Shown here piece by piece: positions 1-8,581 of a DNA stretch of 32,924 bases. Positions within the stretch are counted from its first letter, which is position 1. The number at the start of each line of letters is the position of its first letter. Below the pieces are notes generated by a model. That model did no database searches. It saw nothing but the letters and a program-made list of their open reading frames with translations, and had not been told where the DNA came from. The position numbers were made by a program, and so were the translations under genes. Source of the DNA: Lentisphaerota bacterium (lineage in GTDB: Bacteria > Verrucomicrobiota > Kiritimatiellia > UBA8416 > JAFGTH01); NCBI GenBank assembly GCA_016934225.1, contig JAFGTH010000202.1, positions 1 to 32,924 on the forward strand, given 5' to 3'.

Positions 1-1410
1 AAATTGGAAGGCAAGAATGCCGCAAGCACTGGCAGCAAACTGGGTATAGATAAATTCTCGCTCAGCCTCAGTGACAGCCCGAGGGAGGGCGAGCATTATT
101 ATGAGGGCGCAGGCTACGGTTACTACACCTACGCGTATTTGAACGGAGCCGTGACTGTAGAGGAAATGACCAACAGCATCGAATGGAGCGGCGAAAAGCA
201 GTTATTGTTCACTCCGTCGGCAAATATGGCTGGAGTAAGTTTGGATGTGTACAACGATCTCTGGCTCGACTCCGAATTCGATACCGTGGACGGGACCATG
301 CGCATCAATTCAACCATCGTCTCGAACGATTACGCTTCAATGCTCAAGGGTACGACATGGGAAGCCTCAAAGGTTATGGGCGCCGAGACCAACCACACGG
401 AAACAGGGCTTGGCGGAAAGCGAATCGCCGTCATGCTTTACGGCGAACAGATGAACGGATCGCCGTCGTTGGATCATCTGGCCATCAACGGCAACGCCGT
501 CCGTGTCAAGTTCGCCGGCCCATCCGACACCAACAAACTGGCGATAACTTCGGCTGGAATATTCAATGTTGACTCGGGATTTGGCGTTCCGCTGCTCTTT
601 GCCGGCGGCGCGAGCGTTACGATCAACAACGGCACGACTGCCTGGAGCGACTGGGTAGAGTTTCCTCTGTACTGCGACAGATACGCGGATCTCGAAGGCG
701 GAGATCATAATCATACAACCTATGCTGTCTGGTTCGATGTGGCTCCCTCGCCGCCGCCAAACAGGGATTCATGTTTGGCATGGGAATGGTATTCAACTAA
801 AACAAATATTATGACTTATATCGGAGGATATCCGGCCGGCATTCCGACTAACAAGGTCTACGTAGTGCAGGAAGTGGAAGTGGGTTATCCAAAGCAGGCA
901 TGGTTTCAGTCCGGGTTCTTCGATACTAGAATACCCGACCCCGATTACAAATTCCTCAACTTTACCGTTACCAACCAGACCGTAAATTGCGATGTGGACG
1001 TAAGACTCGGCAACACAGATGATCGCGTAACTCAATCCGACCTTCAGTTGTGGCCGTTGACTTACTTCGAGAACGGTGTCAACAACAGCCTGGCCGGGAT
1101 GAATCAGGGTCAGTATGTCAAATATGACGCTCTGTTTACCGCCACCGCCGGCGCCGTTCCGCCCCCGTATGACGAGGCGTCTCAACTGTCGCACGTCATG
1201 GTGGAATGGGAACCACCTATAGGTATCGTTGATCTGAATATGGATCTCTGTATGGGTCCGGATTTCGGTATATACAGCGCTACTGTTGACGACAAGGCAT
1301 TAGCCCGAGGCATAGAAATCAACATGACAATTTTCGAGGATTCGATTATGGGAAAACGGCATCAGACTTTGGGCTCAATGAAGATTGTGCCTCTGAATAC
1401 CGGAAAATAA
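1..1410 (+). CDS. hypothetical protein, 5'-partial (frame open to window edge)
   Basis: The frame is open from base 1 (aaa precedes the TTG at 4, with no upstream stop) to TAA at 1408-1410. Amino-acid composition looks coding. I recognise no family motif. The next gene, a PilX-like pseudopilin, starts 42 nt downstream on the same strand. Confidence 0.6.
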   Translation, partial: KLEGKNAASTGSKLGIDKFSLSLSDSPREGEHYYEGAGYGYYTYAYLNGAVTVEEMTNSIEWSGEKQLLFTPSANMAGVSLDVYNDLWLDSEFDTVDGTMRINSTIVSNDYASMLKGTTWEASKVMGAETNHTETGLGGKRIAVMLYGEQMNGSPSLDHLAINGNAVRVKFAGPSDTNKLAITSAGIFNVDSGFGVPLLFAGGASVTINNGTTAWSDWVEFPLYCDRYADLEGGDHNHTTYAVWFDVAPSPPPNRDSCLAWEWYSTKTNIMTYIGGYPAGIPTNKVYVVQEVEVGYPKQAWFQSGFFDTRIPDPDYKFLNFTVTNQTVNCDVDVRLGNTDDRVTQSDLQLWPLTYFENGVNNSLAGMNQGQYVKYDALFTATAGAVPPPYDEASQLSHVMVEWEPPIGIVDLNMDLCMGPDFGIYSATVDDKALARGIEINMTIFEDSIMGKRHQTLGSMKIVPLNTGK

Positions 1411-1452
1411 TATTTCGATCGTCATGACGGTCCGGGAAAGGAGCTCTGAACA

Positions 1453-2607
1453 ATGAAAACACGCAAAACAGCCAACAAAGACATCTCAAATAAAAGCGGA
1501 TCGGCGCTTGTTCTGGTGATCTGCTTATCGCTTATCTTGCTTCTGGCAATAGGAACAATGCTGACGATGTCGTCACAACAGGCATTTACCGTAAGCCGAT
1601 ATAGCCGCAGCGCAACAGCCCTTTCAATTGCAGAAGCAGGTATTGCGGATATGTTGAAAAAACTGGCTCTGGATTTCAACACGTACAAGCAGGCGGCCAT
1701 AACCAATAACTTCAACGATGGTTGCTACATTGTGACATCTACGACAAACGGGCAGACTGGCGCAATTCTGCGCTCGACGGCAACATATCTTGGCGTTACT
1801 AAAAGGACAGCGGTTGAAACGCTGGGTGTGTGGCAAACAATCTGGGATACAAATATGTTCGGGACTTTTGGCATACTAAGCGAGGGCCTTGTAGACTGTA
1901 ACGGACAAGGTGTTCTTAAAGGTAGTGTGTATGCCGGGGACAATATCGAAATTGCGCCAGGAACAACAGTTGAAGGTGACGCATATGCCGTTGGAGAAAT
2001 CAAGGACCAGGGCGATATCCAGGGATCCGTCAATCCTGGCGCCGCACCACAGGACGTGCCGTATCTGGACGTGAATTATTACAGGAATCTGGCCCAAAAT
2101 TGTGGTGGCGTGTACATTAACCACAGTCTTCTGCCCCCTAATGCCATTGACTATGATACCGGCGATCCGGCAAACATTGGCGAGGATGCCTATATTGGCA
2201 ACGCACCATTGAAATTGATCTTCGTGGAAGGCGATGTCTTGATCAAGAACGGCGGAATAATAACGGGTTGCATTGCCGCCACGGGCGACATAGACATGCA
2301 AGGCGGAAATGTAATACACAACGGATTCATAGATCCGCTTTCAGGTAAACAGCTTCCCTCGCTGATGTCGTTCGGCGGTAGCGTGGAAGTGCGCGCCGGA
2401 CAGGAGCTGTACGGCATGATTTATGCCGTCGGCGACGTGATGCTGAATGGAGGCGATATCGTGCATGGCGGCATAATATGTCATGGCATTGTTGATGCGC
2501 GAGCGGATTGGACGGTACATCGCGGCGGATACGAAGTGCCGCCCGGTGTTATGCCGGGAAAAGAAGGCAATGTGTACAACGTTCGGATTGGCGCCTGGCT
2601 GGAATAA
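1453..2607 (+). CDS. PilX_N/GspK-like minor pseudopilin with Gly-rich repeat (putative beta-helix) C-terminal region
   Basis: ATG 1453 is preceded by AAGGAG (1438-1443). The N-terminus SGSALVLVICLSLILLLAIGTMLTMSSQQAFTVSRYSRSATALSIAEAGIADML shows the hydrophobic pseudopilin helix plus the AEAG signature typical of PilX N-terminal domains. There is no Glu at +5, as in GspK/PilX. The C-terminal part carries repeats such as GDNIEIAPGTTVEGDAYAVGEI, GDVLIKNGGIITGCIAATGDIDMQGGNV and GDVMLNGGDIVHGGIICHG. Confidence 0.7.
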   Translation: MKTRKTANKDISNKSGSALVLVICLSLILLLAIGTMLTMSSQQAFTVSRYSRSATALSIAEAGIADMLKKLALDFNTYKQAAITNNFNDGCYIVTSTTNGQTGAILRSTATYLGVTKRTAVETLGVWQTIWDTNMFGTFGILSEGLVDCNGQGVLKGSVYAGDNIEIAPGTTVEGDAYAVGEIKDQGDIQGSVNPGAAPQDVPYLDVNYYRNLAQNCGGVYINHSLLPPNAIDYDTGDPANIGEDAYIGNAPLKLIFVEGDVLIKNGGIITGCIAATGDIDMQGGNVIHNGFIDPLSGKQLPSLMSFGGSVEVRAGQELYGMIYAVGDVMLNGGDIVHGGIICHGIVDARADWTVHRGGYEVPPGVMPGKEGNVYNVRIGAWLE

Positions 2608-2820
2608 ATTTATCAGCCCAAAGAAAATATTCGAGACAAGATAATTGCTCCGGAAAATCAACCGGTTGAGCTGAAGAAGATTGCCAACATAAGTCCTTGC
2701 CGGATATCGCGTTTCCCCGTCAACAATGCTTTGAAGTATTGAATTCAGGGACAGTCAGAATCGCTCAAAAATGTCCACCACGCAGGTTACGGTCGCGCTG
2801 AAGTAGTTCCATGCGAAACC

Positions 2821-4014
2821 TCACCTTCGCCCGTGGCGAAATCGCTCCGGCGGCGCCATCTTCACAAGTTTGGGCTCGAACTTAGCCATGATTTCAACAA
2901 GATCCGCCTGCGCAGCCATAACGCGGTCAATATTCTTGTATGCCATCGGTATCTCATCCAAATCGGCCGAAAGCAATTCAACTCCCTGTTTTTCCAGATA
3001 TGCGTTCATATCCTGCCTTGAGAACTGCCGCTTTGCCGCTGCGCGACTCATCTTCCTGCCCGCCCCATGCGCCGCCGAATTCAGTGATTCATCATTCCCC
3101 TTACCCCGCACAACGTATGCCGGCGTGGCCATAGAACCGGGTATAACCCCAATCGCGCCCTTACCGGCCGGAGTTGCGCCCTTACGATGCACAATAATTT
3201 TCTGCCCGTCAGCGAGTGTCTCGCGCCACGCAAAGTTGTGATGATTCTCAATGCCCAGCAGCGCGCTAACATCCAAATGACGCGCAATGGCTTCATGGAT
3301 CAGTTCATGATTCGCTGCGGCATATTTGCCCATCAGCTCCATTGCCGCCCAATATTCCTGTCCTTCATGGCTCTGAAGATTCAACCATGCAAGATCGGCC
3401 ATTTCGTGCGGCAAATCCGGTCTCTTTCTTTTGGCCAACTTACTGTAATAGGTCGCTACTTCAGCGCCCGTCCCCCTGCTGCCGCCGTGCGTTAACAAGG
3501 CCATGTACAGACCGGTATCAAGACCGAGATCCCGAGACCGGACCGTCAATATCCCGAACTCGCAGAAATGGTTGCCGCTTCCGCTCGATCCCAATTGATG
3601 CCAGGCTTTGTCTTTAAATTGGGATGTAACCGGGCTGACCGACCAGTCTTCATCCATCACCTTGTGCTGTTTCCGCGGCTGAAAACCGTTGCCTATTCCG
3701 AAACATGTTTCTTTTTCCAAAGCATCAATCAGTTTGTCACGTTCTTTTGTAAGTGCGTCTATCGGCATATCGAACACGGTTAATTTCATGCGGCAGGCAA
3801 TATCCATTCCGACTGCGAAAGGAATAATCGCTTCCTGCGTTGCTAAAACTCCGCCAATAGGCATTCCATAGCCTGTATGCGCGTCCGGCATCAACGCGCC
3901 ACGGATTGCAACGGGCAGGCGACAGGCGTTCTTCATCTGTTCGATCGCGCCCGGATCAAGGTCCGTTCCCCATTGTCGCCAAGGCGCCATGTATGTGTAA
4001 TGATCCGATGTCAT
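2821..4014 (-). CDS. rtcB: RNA 3'-phosphate ligase RtcB
   Basis: The 397-aa product carries RtcB signatures: MPDAHTGYGMPIGGV, GSSGSGNHFCEFG, ENHHNFAW and GSMATPAYVVRG. Confidence 0.93.
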   Translation of the reverse strand: MTSDHYTYMAPWRQWGTDLDPGAIEQMKNACRLPVAIRGALMPDAHTGYGMPIGGVLATQEAIIPFAVGMDIACRMKLTVFDMPIDALTKERDKLIDALEKETCFGIGNGFQPRKQHKVMDEDWSVSPVTSQFKDKAWHQLGSSGSGNHFCEFGILTVRSRDLGLDTGLYMALLTHGGSRGTGAEVATYYSKLAKRKRPDLPHEMADLAWLNLQSHEGQEYWAAMELMGKYAAANHELIHEAIARHLDVSALLGIENHHNFAWRETLADGQKIIVHRKGATPAGKGAIGVIPGSMATPAYVVRGKGNDESLNSAAHGAGRKMSRAAAKRQFSRQDMNAYLEKQGVELLSADLDEIPMAYKNIDRVMAAQADLVEIMAKFEPKLVKMAPPERFRHGRR

Positions 4015-4197
4015 CTCGGCTACATACTACCATAGCCGACGGTTGTAACGACAGATAAACACGGAATATCAAGCGTTCTTTCCGTGTGATCTGTGCGCTC
4101 CATGTCTTTTTTGCGATCCCTTATAATATTCCGTCTCGCCTGTCAACCGTCCGATCCAAGGGGTACAACTTTTGCGTTTGATCTTCCATTCACACTC

Positions 4198-4213
4198 TGC
4201 CATGCTTTTGCCA
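4198..4213 (-). promoter_or_regulatory. candidate sigma-54 (-24/-12) promoter upstream of rtcB (weak)
   Basis: The minus strand reads TTGGCAAAAGCATGGCAG, with GG (4212-4211), 10 nt, then GC (4200-4199). Against TGGCAC-N5-TTGCA, the -24 box is good and the -12 box is TGGCA rather than TTGCA. It lies about 185 nt upstream of the rtcB ATG and 32 nt upstream of the lon ATG. Confidence 0.25.
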
Positions 4214-4244
4214 AGACTAAACTCCTGCAAACAAAGGCAATAAA

Positions 4245-6671
4245 ATGGCGGATAAAGAAAAACCGGAAAAGCCGCAAAATGTTGAGATTCTCAAAGACAA
4301 GGTAAGCGCCGGCGATAAAAATTTGGTGCTCGCGCGAGATGTCTTTCCCCAAGAACTGCCAGTCGTCCCTATTCGGGGCAGACCCCTTTTCCCAAAAATG
4401 ACTGTCCCAATGATTATTGAGAACGAGAACCTGCGCAAGATGATTATCCAAACCGACGAAGCACATACCAAGTTCATCGGATTGGCATTAATTCGCGACG
4501 AAGGCAGTAACACGCAGGAAAATATTTCCAGCAAGGACTTGTATAATGTCGGCGTTGTTGCCGAAATATTGCAAGTTGCCCAGGTTTCTCCGGATATGCC
4601 GGCGCAAATGCTGCTTGGCTCGCTGGAACGTTTCAAAATCAAGGCAATTATTCAGGAAAATCCCCATATCATTGCCAAGGTTGATTACATGCACGAGACC
4701 GAGATGACGCACAATGATGAACTCAGGGCCTATGCCATCTCGGTGGTTAAGGCAATTAAGGAACTCATTCAGCTCAATCCGCTGCACAAAGAGGAGCTAA
4801 ATTTGTTTGCGTCCAGATCAAGCCTCGCGGACCCGGGCAGACTAGCCGACTTCGCAGCAGCTCTTACGACCGCATCCGGCAAACAAATGCAGGAAATTCT
4901 GGAAACCATCAGCATACGCGCGAGGCTCAAAAAGGTTCTACATTTGCTCCAGAAAGAAATGGATATCTCCAAAATCCAGGTACAAATTACCAAGCAGATA
5001 GAAGAAAAGCTGTCCAAGCAACAACGTGAATTTTTCCTCAAGGAACAGCTAAAGGCAATTAAGAAAGAACTCGGTCTAAGCAAGGAAGGCAAAGAATCGG
5101 AAGTCGAAAAATTCACCGAGCGACTCCAGAATCTGAAACTTACGGATGAAGCGCAGGAACGCGTCAACGAGGAAATAGAAAAACTCAAGCTTATTGAACC
5201 AACTTCGCCCGAATTTAACGTGTCCCGGACATATGTAGATTGGCTCACCATCCTTCCGTGGGGCGTGTTTACAGCCGATAATTACGATATAGACAAAGCC
5301 GCCAAGATCCTTAATCGGGATCATTACGGGCTTGCCGATGTAAAAGAACGCATTTTGGAATTCCTCTCTGTCGGCATTATGAAGGGCAATATCTCCGGGT
5401 CCATTCTATGTTTCGTCGGACCGCCAGGTGTCGGAAAAACATCACTCGGCCAATCCATCGCTCGAAGCATGGGCAGGAACTTCTACAGATTCTCCGTCGG
5501 CGGAATAAGAGACGAGGCCGAGATCAAGGGGCACAGGAGAACATATATCGGAGCTCTTCCTGGTAAATTTATACAAACCATGAAAGTGTGCAAAAGTGCC
5601 AACCCTGTAATAATGCTGGATGAAATAGATAAAATCGGCGCCAGCTATCAGGGGGATCCTGCTTCAGCGTTGTTGGAAGTGCTTGATTCCGAACAGAACA
5701 AAGATTTCCTGGATCATTACCTGGACGTTCGATTTGATCTGTCCAATGTGTTCTTCATCTGCACGGCAAACCAATTGGATACTATTCCAGCCCCATTACT
5801 CGACCGCATGGAAGTAATAAAACTGGCCGGTTATATCCTTCAGGAGAAAATGGAAATAGCGCGCAGATATCTGGTCCCAAAGCAATTAAAAGCTCATGGA
5901 GTGAAACGCGAACAGGTTACAATCACAAGCGAGGCAATCAGAGATATTATAGACGGATATGCGCGTGAACCCGGTGTGCGCGGTTTGGAAAATAATATTA
6001 AAAAAACAATAAGAAAGTCGGTCAAGAAGATCGTGGAGAAGAAGGTTAAAAAAGTCCGGATCAGCAAAGCAAATATCCACGATCTCCTCGGTAAAAGGAT
6101 TTTCACGGATGAAAGTCTCTACAAACAACCCACTCCGGGCGTTGTAATGGGTTTGGCCTGGACGAGCATGGGCGGAGACACTCTTTTCATTGAGGCAACA
6201 AAGGTTTTAACAGGCAAAAGCGGATTTAAACAAACAGGGCAGCTCGGCGACGTAATGATAGAATCATCCGAAATAGCCTACACATATGTTCGAGCATTGT
6301 TGAGCAACGATGAAAACGCGAGGAAATTTTTTGCTCAGAATTTCATCCATCTCCATGTGCCCGCCGGCGCAACTCGGAAAGACGGCCCATCGGCCGGTGT
6401 AACCATGGCAACCGCTTTGTATTCGCTGGTCAAAAACAAAGCCATCAAAAAGAATTTCGCTATGACCGGCGAGTTGAGTTTAACCGGACTTGTAATGCCA
6501 ATAGGCGGAGTAAAAGAAAAGACGATAGCCGCCAAACGGGCGAAGGTTGTAAATCTGATTTTCCCCACTGAGAACAAGCGCGATTTTGATGACTTGCCGG
6601 CCCATGTAAAAAAGGGTCTGAAACCGAGGTTTGTAAGCAAGTTTGAACAGATTGTTAAAATTTGTTTTTAG
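4245..6671 (+). CDS. lon: ATP-dependent Lon protease (LonA type)
   Basis: The 808-aa product has an N-terminal LON substrate-binding domain (LPVVPIRGRPLFPKMTVPMII). The AAA+ Walker A is GPPGVGKTSLGQSIA and Walker B is VIMLDEIDK. The protease domain shows DGPSAGVTMATAL (catalytic Ser) and GGVKEKTIAAKRA (Lys). Confidence 0.97.
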   Translation: MADKEKPEKPQNVEILKDKVSAGDKNLVLARDVFPQELPVVPIRGRPLFPKMTVPMIIENENLRKMIIQTDEAHTKFIGLALIRDEGSNTQENISSKDLYNVGVVAEILQVAQVSPDMPAQMLLGSLERFKIKAIIQENPHIIAKVDYMHETEMTHNDELRAYAISVVKAIKELIQLNPLHKEELNLFASRSSLADPGRLADFAAALTTASGKQMQEILETISIRARLKKVLHLLQKEMDISKIQVQITKQIEEKLSKQQREFFLKEQLKAIKKELGLSKEGKESEVEKFTERLQNLKLTDEAQERVNEEIEKLKLIEPTSPEFNVSRTYVDWLTILPWGVFTADNYDIDKAAKILNRDHYGLADVKERILEFLSVGIMKGNISGSILCFVGPPGVGKTSLGQSIARSMGRNFYRFSVGGIRDEAEIKGHRRTYIGALPGKFIQTMKVCKSANPVIMLDEIDKIGASYQGDPASALLEVLDSEQNKDFLDHYLDVRFDLSNVFFICTANQLDTIPAPLLDRMEVIKLAGYILQEKMEIARRYLVPKQLKAHGVKREQVTITSEAIRDIIDGYAREPGVRGLENNIKKTIRKSVKKIVEKKVKKVRISKANIHDLLGKRIFTDESLYKQPTPGVVMGLAWTSMGGDTLFIEATKVLTGKSGFKQTGQLGDVMIESSEIAYTYVRALLSNDENARKFFAQNFIHLHVPAGATRKDGPSAGVTMATALYSLVKNKAIKKNFAMTGELSLTGLVMPIGGVKEKTIAAKRAKVVNLIFPTENKRDFDDLPAHVKKGLKPRFVSKFEQIVKICF

Positions 6672-7012
6672 TCCTATAAACAGTTTTTGAGTTTACAGCG
6701 GCAACCCACCCTTTGGCGCGTTGGGAAAGACAAAGAGGTTGTCGAAAGAACAAGGTTGCTGCTGGCTCAATCTCGAGATTTGGTTCAATATGCCAAAGAG
6801 GCATAAAGATATTTACTATCCGTTTCCCAGCAGTGGATTGACCGTTCTCTTTTGCCTTTCATTCGGCGCGAAATAGTCGGCTTTGGGGCCGGGCATGCTC
6901 CGCTTGATGCTGCCTTGTATCCCGGAGAAGTTGCTTGCATTTAGATTTTCGTTATTGTACAAATCTACCTATTGTCATCATGTTCATATATGTATATCAG
7001 GGAGACAAGTAG

Positions 7013-7204
7013 ATGGCAGAAAAGAAACAGAAACCGGTACGCCGAAAGATCCATGTTGATTTGCCCGAAGACGTGCATCAACGCCTACGCGTAAAGGCCG
7101 CAATGTTAGATATGTCTATGCAGGGCTTCGTGACCGACCTGGTCAGACGAGAGGTTGCCGATATGGAACTGCCAAAAATAAAGGGGAGTAGGCGACGTGA
7201 CTGA
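7013..7204 (+). CDS. ribbon-helix-helix (CopG/Arc/ParG-like) small DNA-binding protein
   Basis: The 63-aa product has GGGAGA 8 nt upstream of the ATG. RKIHVDLPEDVHQRLRVKAAMLDMSMQGFVTDLVRREV fits the strand-helix-helix RHH pattern. It overlaps the next gene by 8 nt. Confidence 0.7.
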   Translation: MAEKKQKPVRRKIHVDLPEDVHQRLRVKAAMLDMSMQGFVTDLVRREVADMELPKIKGSRRRD

Positions 7205-7856
7205 ATCGCTGGCAAAATATGATGCTGATACGGTTCGTCAACAAATCTTCACAATTCGCGGCGAAAAGGTCATTCTCGACCATGACCTGGCTGCTGTCTA
7301 TGGAGTCGAAACAAAGGCCCTGAATCAGGCAGTCAAAAGAAATGCAGCAAAGTTCCCAGACGATTTTATGTTTCGCCTTACAGCGCAGGAACTTACAGCT
7401 TTGAGGTCACAAATTGTGACCTCAAAACAAGAAGGTATGCGGTCACAATCTGTGACCGGTTCAGGTAAAGGCGGCAGGCGCTATCTGCCTTACGCATTCA
7501 CTGAACATGGCGCGATCATGGCCGCCACGGTGCTGAACAGCCCCCGGGCCGTTCAAATGAGTGTTTTCGTTGTTCGTGCCTTTGTCCGTATGCGTGCGGC
7601 ACTCACCGGCTCTCGCGAACTGGCACGCAAACTGGCCGCCTTGGAAAAGGAAGTAAAGGCAAGGCTGGACACACATGATGCGGCGATTGTCGATGTTCTT
7701 AGCCGCATTATGGATTTGATTGATCCGCCAGAACTGCCGCCAGAACCACCCAAGAAACAGATCGGATTTAGCGTCAAAGAAAAGCGCGCGAAGTACGGCA
7801 CTGGTACCAAGAAGAAGGTGCCTGCTGTAAAAAGAAAATCAAAGAAGGGCTCGTGA
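7197..7856 (+). CDS. ORF6N-domain (KilA-N-related) DNA-binding protein
   Basis: The gene has a GTG start overlapping the RHH gene. IFTIRGEKVILDHDLAAVYGVETKALNQAVKRNAAKFPDDFMFRLTAQE and RYLPYAFTEHGAIMAATVLNSPRAVQMSVFVVRAFVRMR match the ORF6N domain consensus. The C-terminal tail is Lys-rich. Confidence 0.85.
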   Translation: MTESLAKYDADTVRQQIFTIRGEKVILDHDLAAVYGVETKALNQAVKRNAAKFPDDFMFRLTAQELTALRSQIVTSKQEGMRSQSVTGSGKGGRRYLPYAFTEHGAIMAATVLNSPRAVQMSVFVVRAFVRMRAALTGSRELARKLAALEKEVKARLDTHDAAIVDVLSRIMDLIDPPELPPEPPKKQIGFSVKEKRAKYGTGTKKKVPAVKRKSKKGS

Positions 7857-7857
7857 T

Positions 7858-8038
7858 ATGCCAAGACTAACGGAACAGGAACAGCAGGAGATTATCCGCT
7901 ACATTGAAGCGGACAAACCTCTGCCGGATAAATACCGGTTTCTCTTGTTCGACGAGAAGCGTGAAGTTGAACTGGTCTGGAACGGTAAGACCGGTGAGGT
8001 CTGCAACATAGTACTTCCGTTTCAGGTTATCGAACAAT
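7858..8038 (+). pseudogene. N-terminal ~60-codon remnant of a site-specific (N6/N4, type III Mod-like) DNA methyltransferase
   Basis: MPRLTEQEQQEIIRYIEADKPLPDKYRFLLFDEKREVELVWNGKTGEVCNIVLPFQVIEQ is the conserved N-terminus of a widespread DNA methyltransferase family. The expected continuation (VDEPR and the catalytic motifs) is absent. The frame runs into unrelated sequence and stops at 8124. Confidence 0.7.
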
Positions 8039-8239
8039 ATCGGCAAGACCGCTCTTATGGAGGCGATCTACCTCGTTCTGGGGGGAGCGTCCCGCTGTTC
8101 GCCGGACGTTATCACGGAGAATGATTTCTATCTCAGACAGTATTTGCCGCTGGAGTCCATGCCGCCGCCGAAGGCTATGACGGGACAGATCTCCGCGAGG
8201 AGGACAGTCTATCCTGCTATTCTGATCCGTGATTATTGA
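8033..8239 (+). pseudogene. fragment of a P-loop ATPase (OLD/AAA_15-like) beginning inside the Walker A motif
   Basis: The frame of ORF 8057-8239, extended upstream, reads NNIGKTALMEAIYLVLGG...DVITENDFY. That is the GKT end of a Walker A followed by the (L)EAI helix typical of OLD-family/abortive-infection ATPases. There is no N-terminal part (in-frame TAG at 8009-8011). Only about 65 codons remain before the stop at 8239, 52 nt from the tRNA. Confidence 0.55.
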
Positions 8240-8270
8240 TGAAATGGGTTAGTATTAAGTTATAGGTTTT

Positions 8271-8385
<115 letters not shown>

Positions 8386-8581
8386 ACAAAGTTGTGCGCG
8401 TCAAGATAACGCGTATCACTTAACAGCTCAAGTTAAAGATGCCAATAGACGCAAAAATACACAGCCAGAATGATTAACGAACATATTCCAGATCAAAAAG
8501 TTCTCTTGCCATACCGGCAGGCCCTGGAGTAAGTTCTGTTTTTTTTACCGAACCAATCAAGGCGCAAGGAGACTCAGTATC

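Noticed and set aside
2655-2670. The 12-bp perfect palindrome TCAACCGGTTGA in the convergent gap between the pseudopilin gene and rtcB.
   Set aside because: It is an isolated short palindrome with no loop, no partner site and no adjacent promoter. It is likely chance or a restriction-type site.
4769-5251. A 160-aa Ser-rich minus-strand ORF inside lon. Similar antisense ORFs occur inside other well-supported genes, e.g. 19912-20385, 21831-22358, 27154-27648 and 14843-15295.
   Set aside because: All lie opposite genes with strong family motifs and have biased, repetitive composition. They are shadow ORFs.
6672-7012. A search for a distal att site (a direct repeat of the tRNA-Ser 3' end) or an integrase remnant that would delimit the islet.
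   Set aside because: By eye I found no copy of the tRNA 3' segment (…GGATTCGAACCCCC…CCGCCA) and no ORF of 60 aa or more. The islet boundary therefore cannot be defined from this window.
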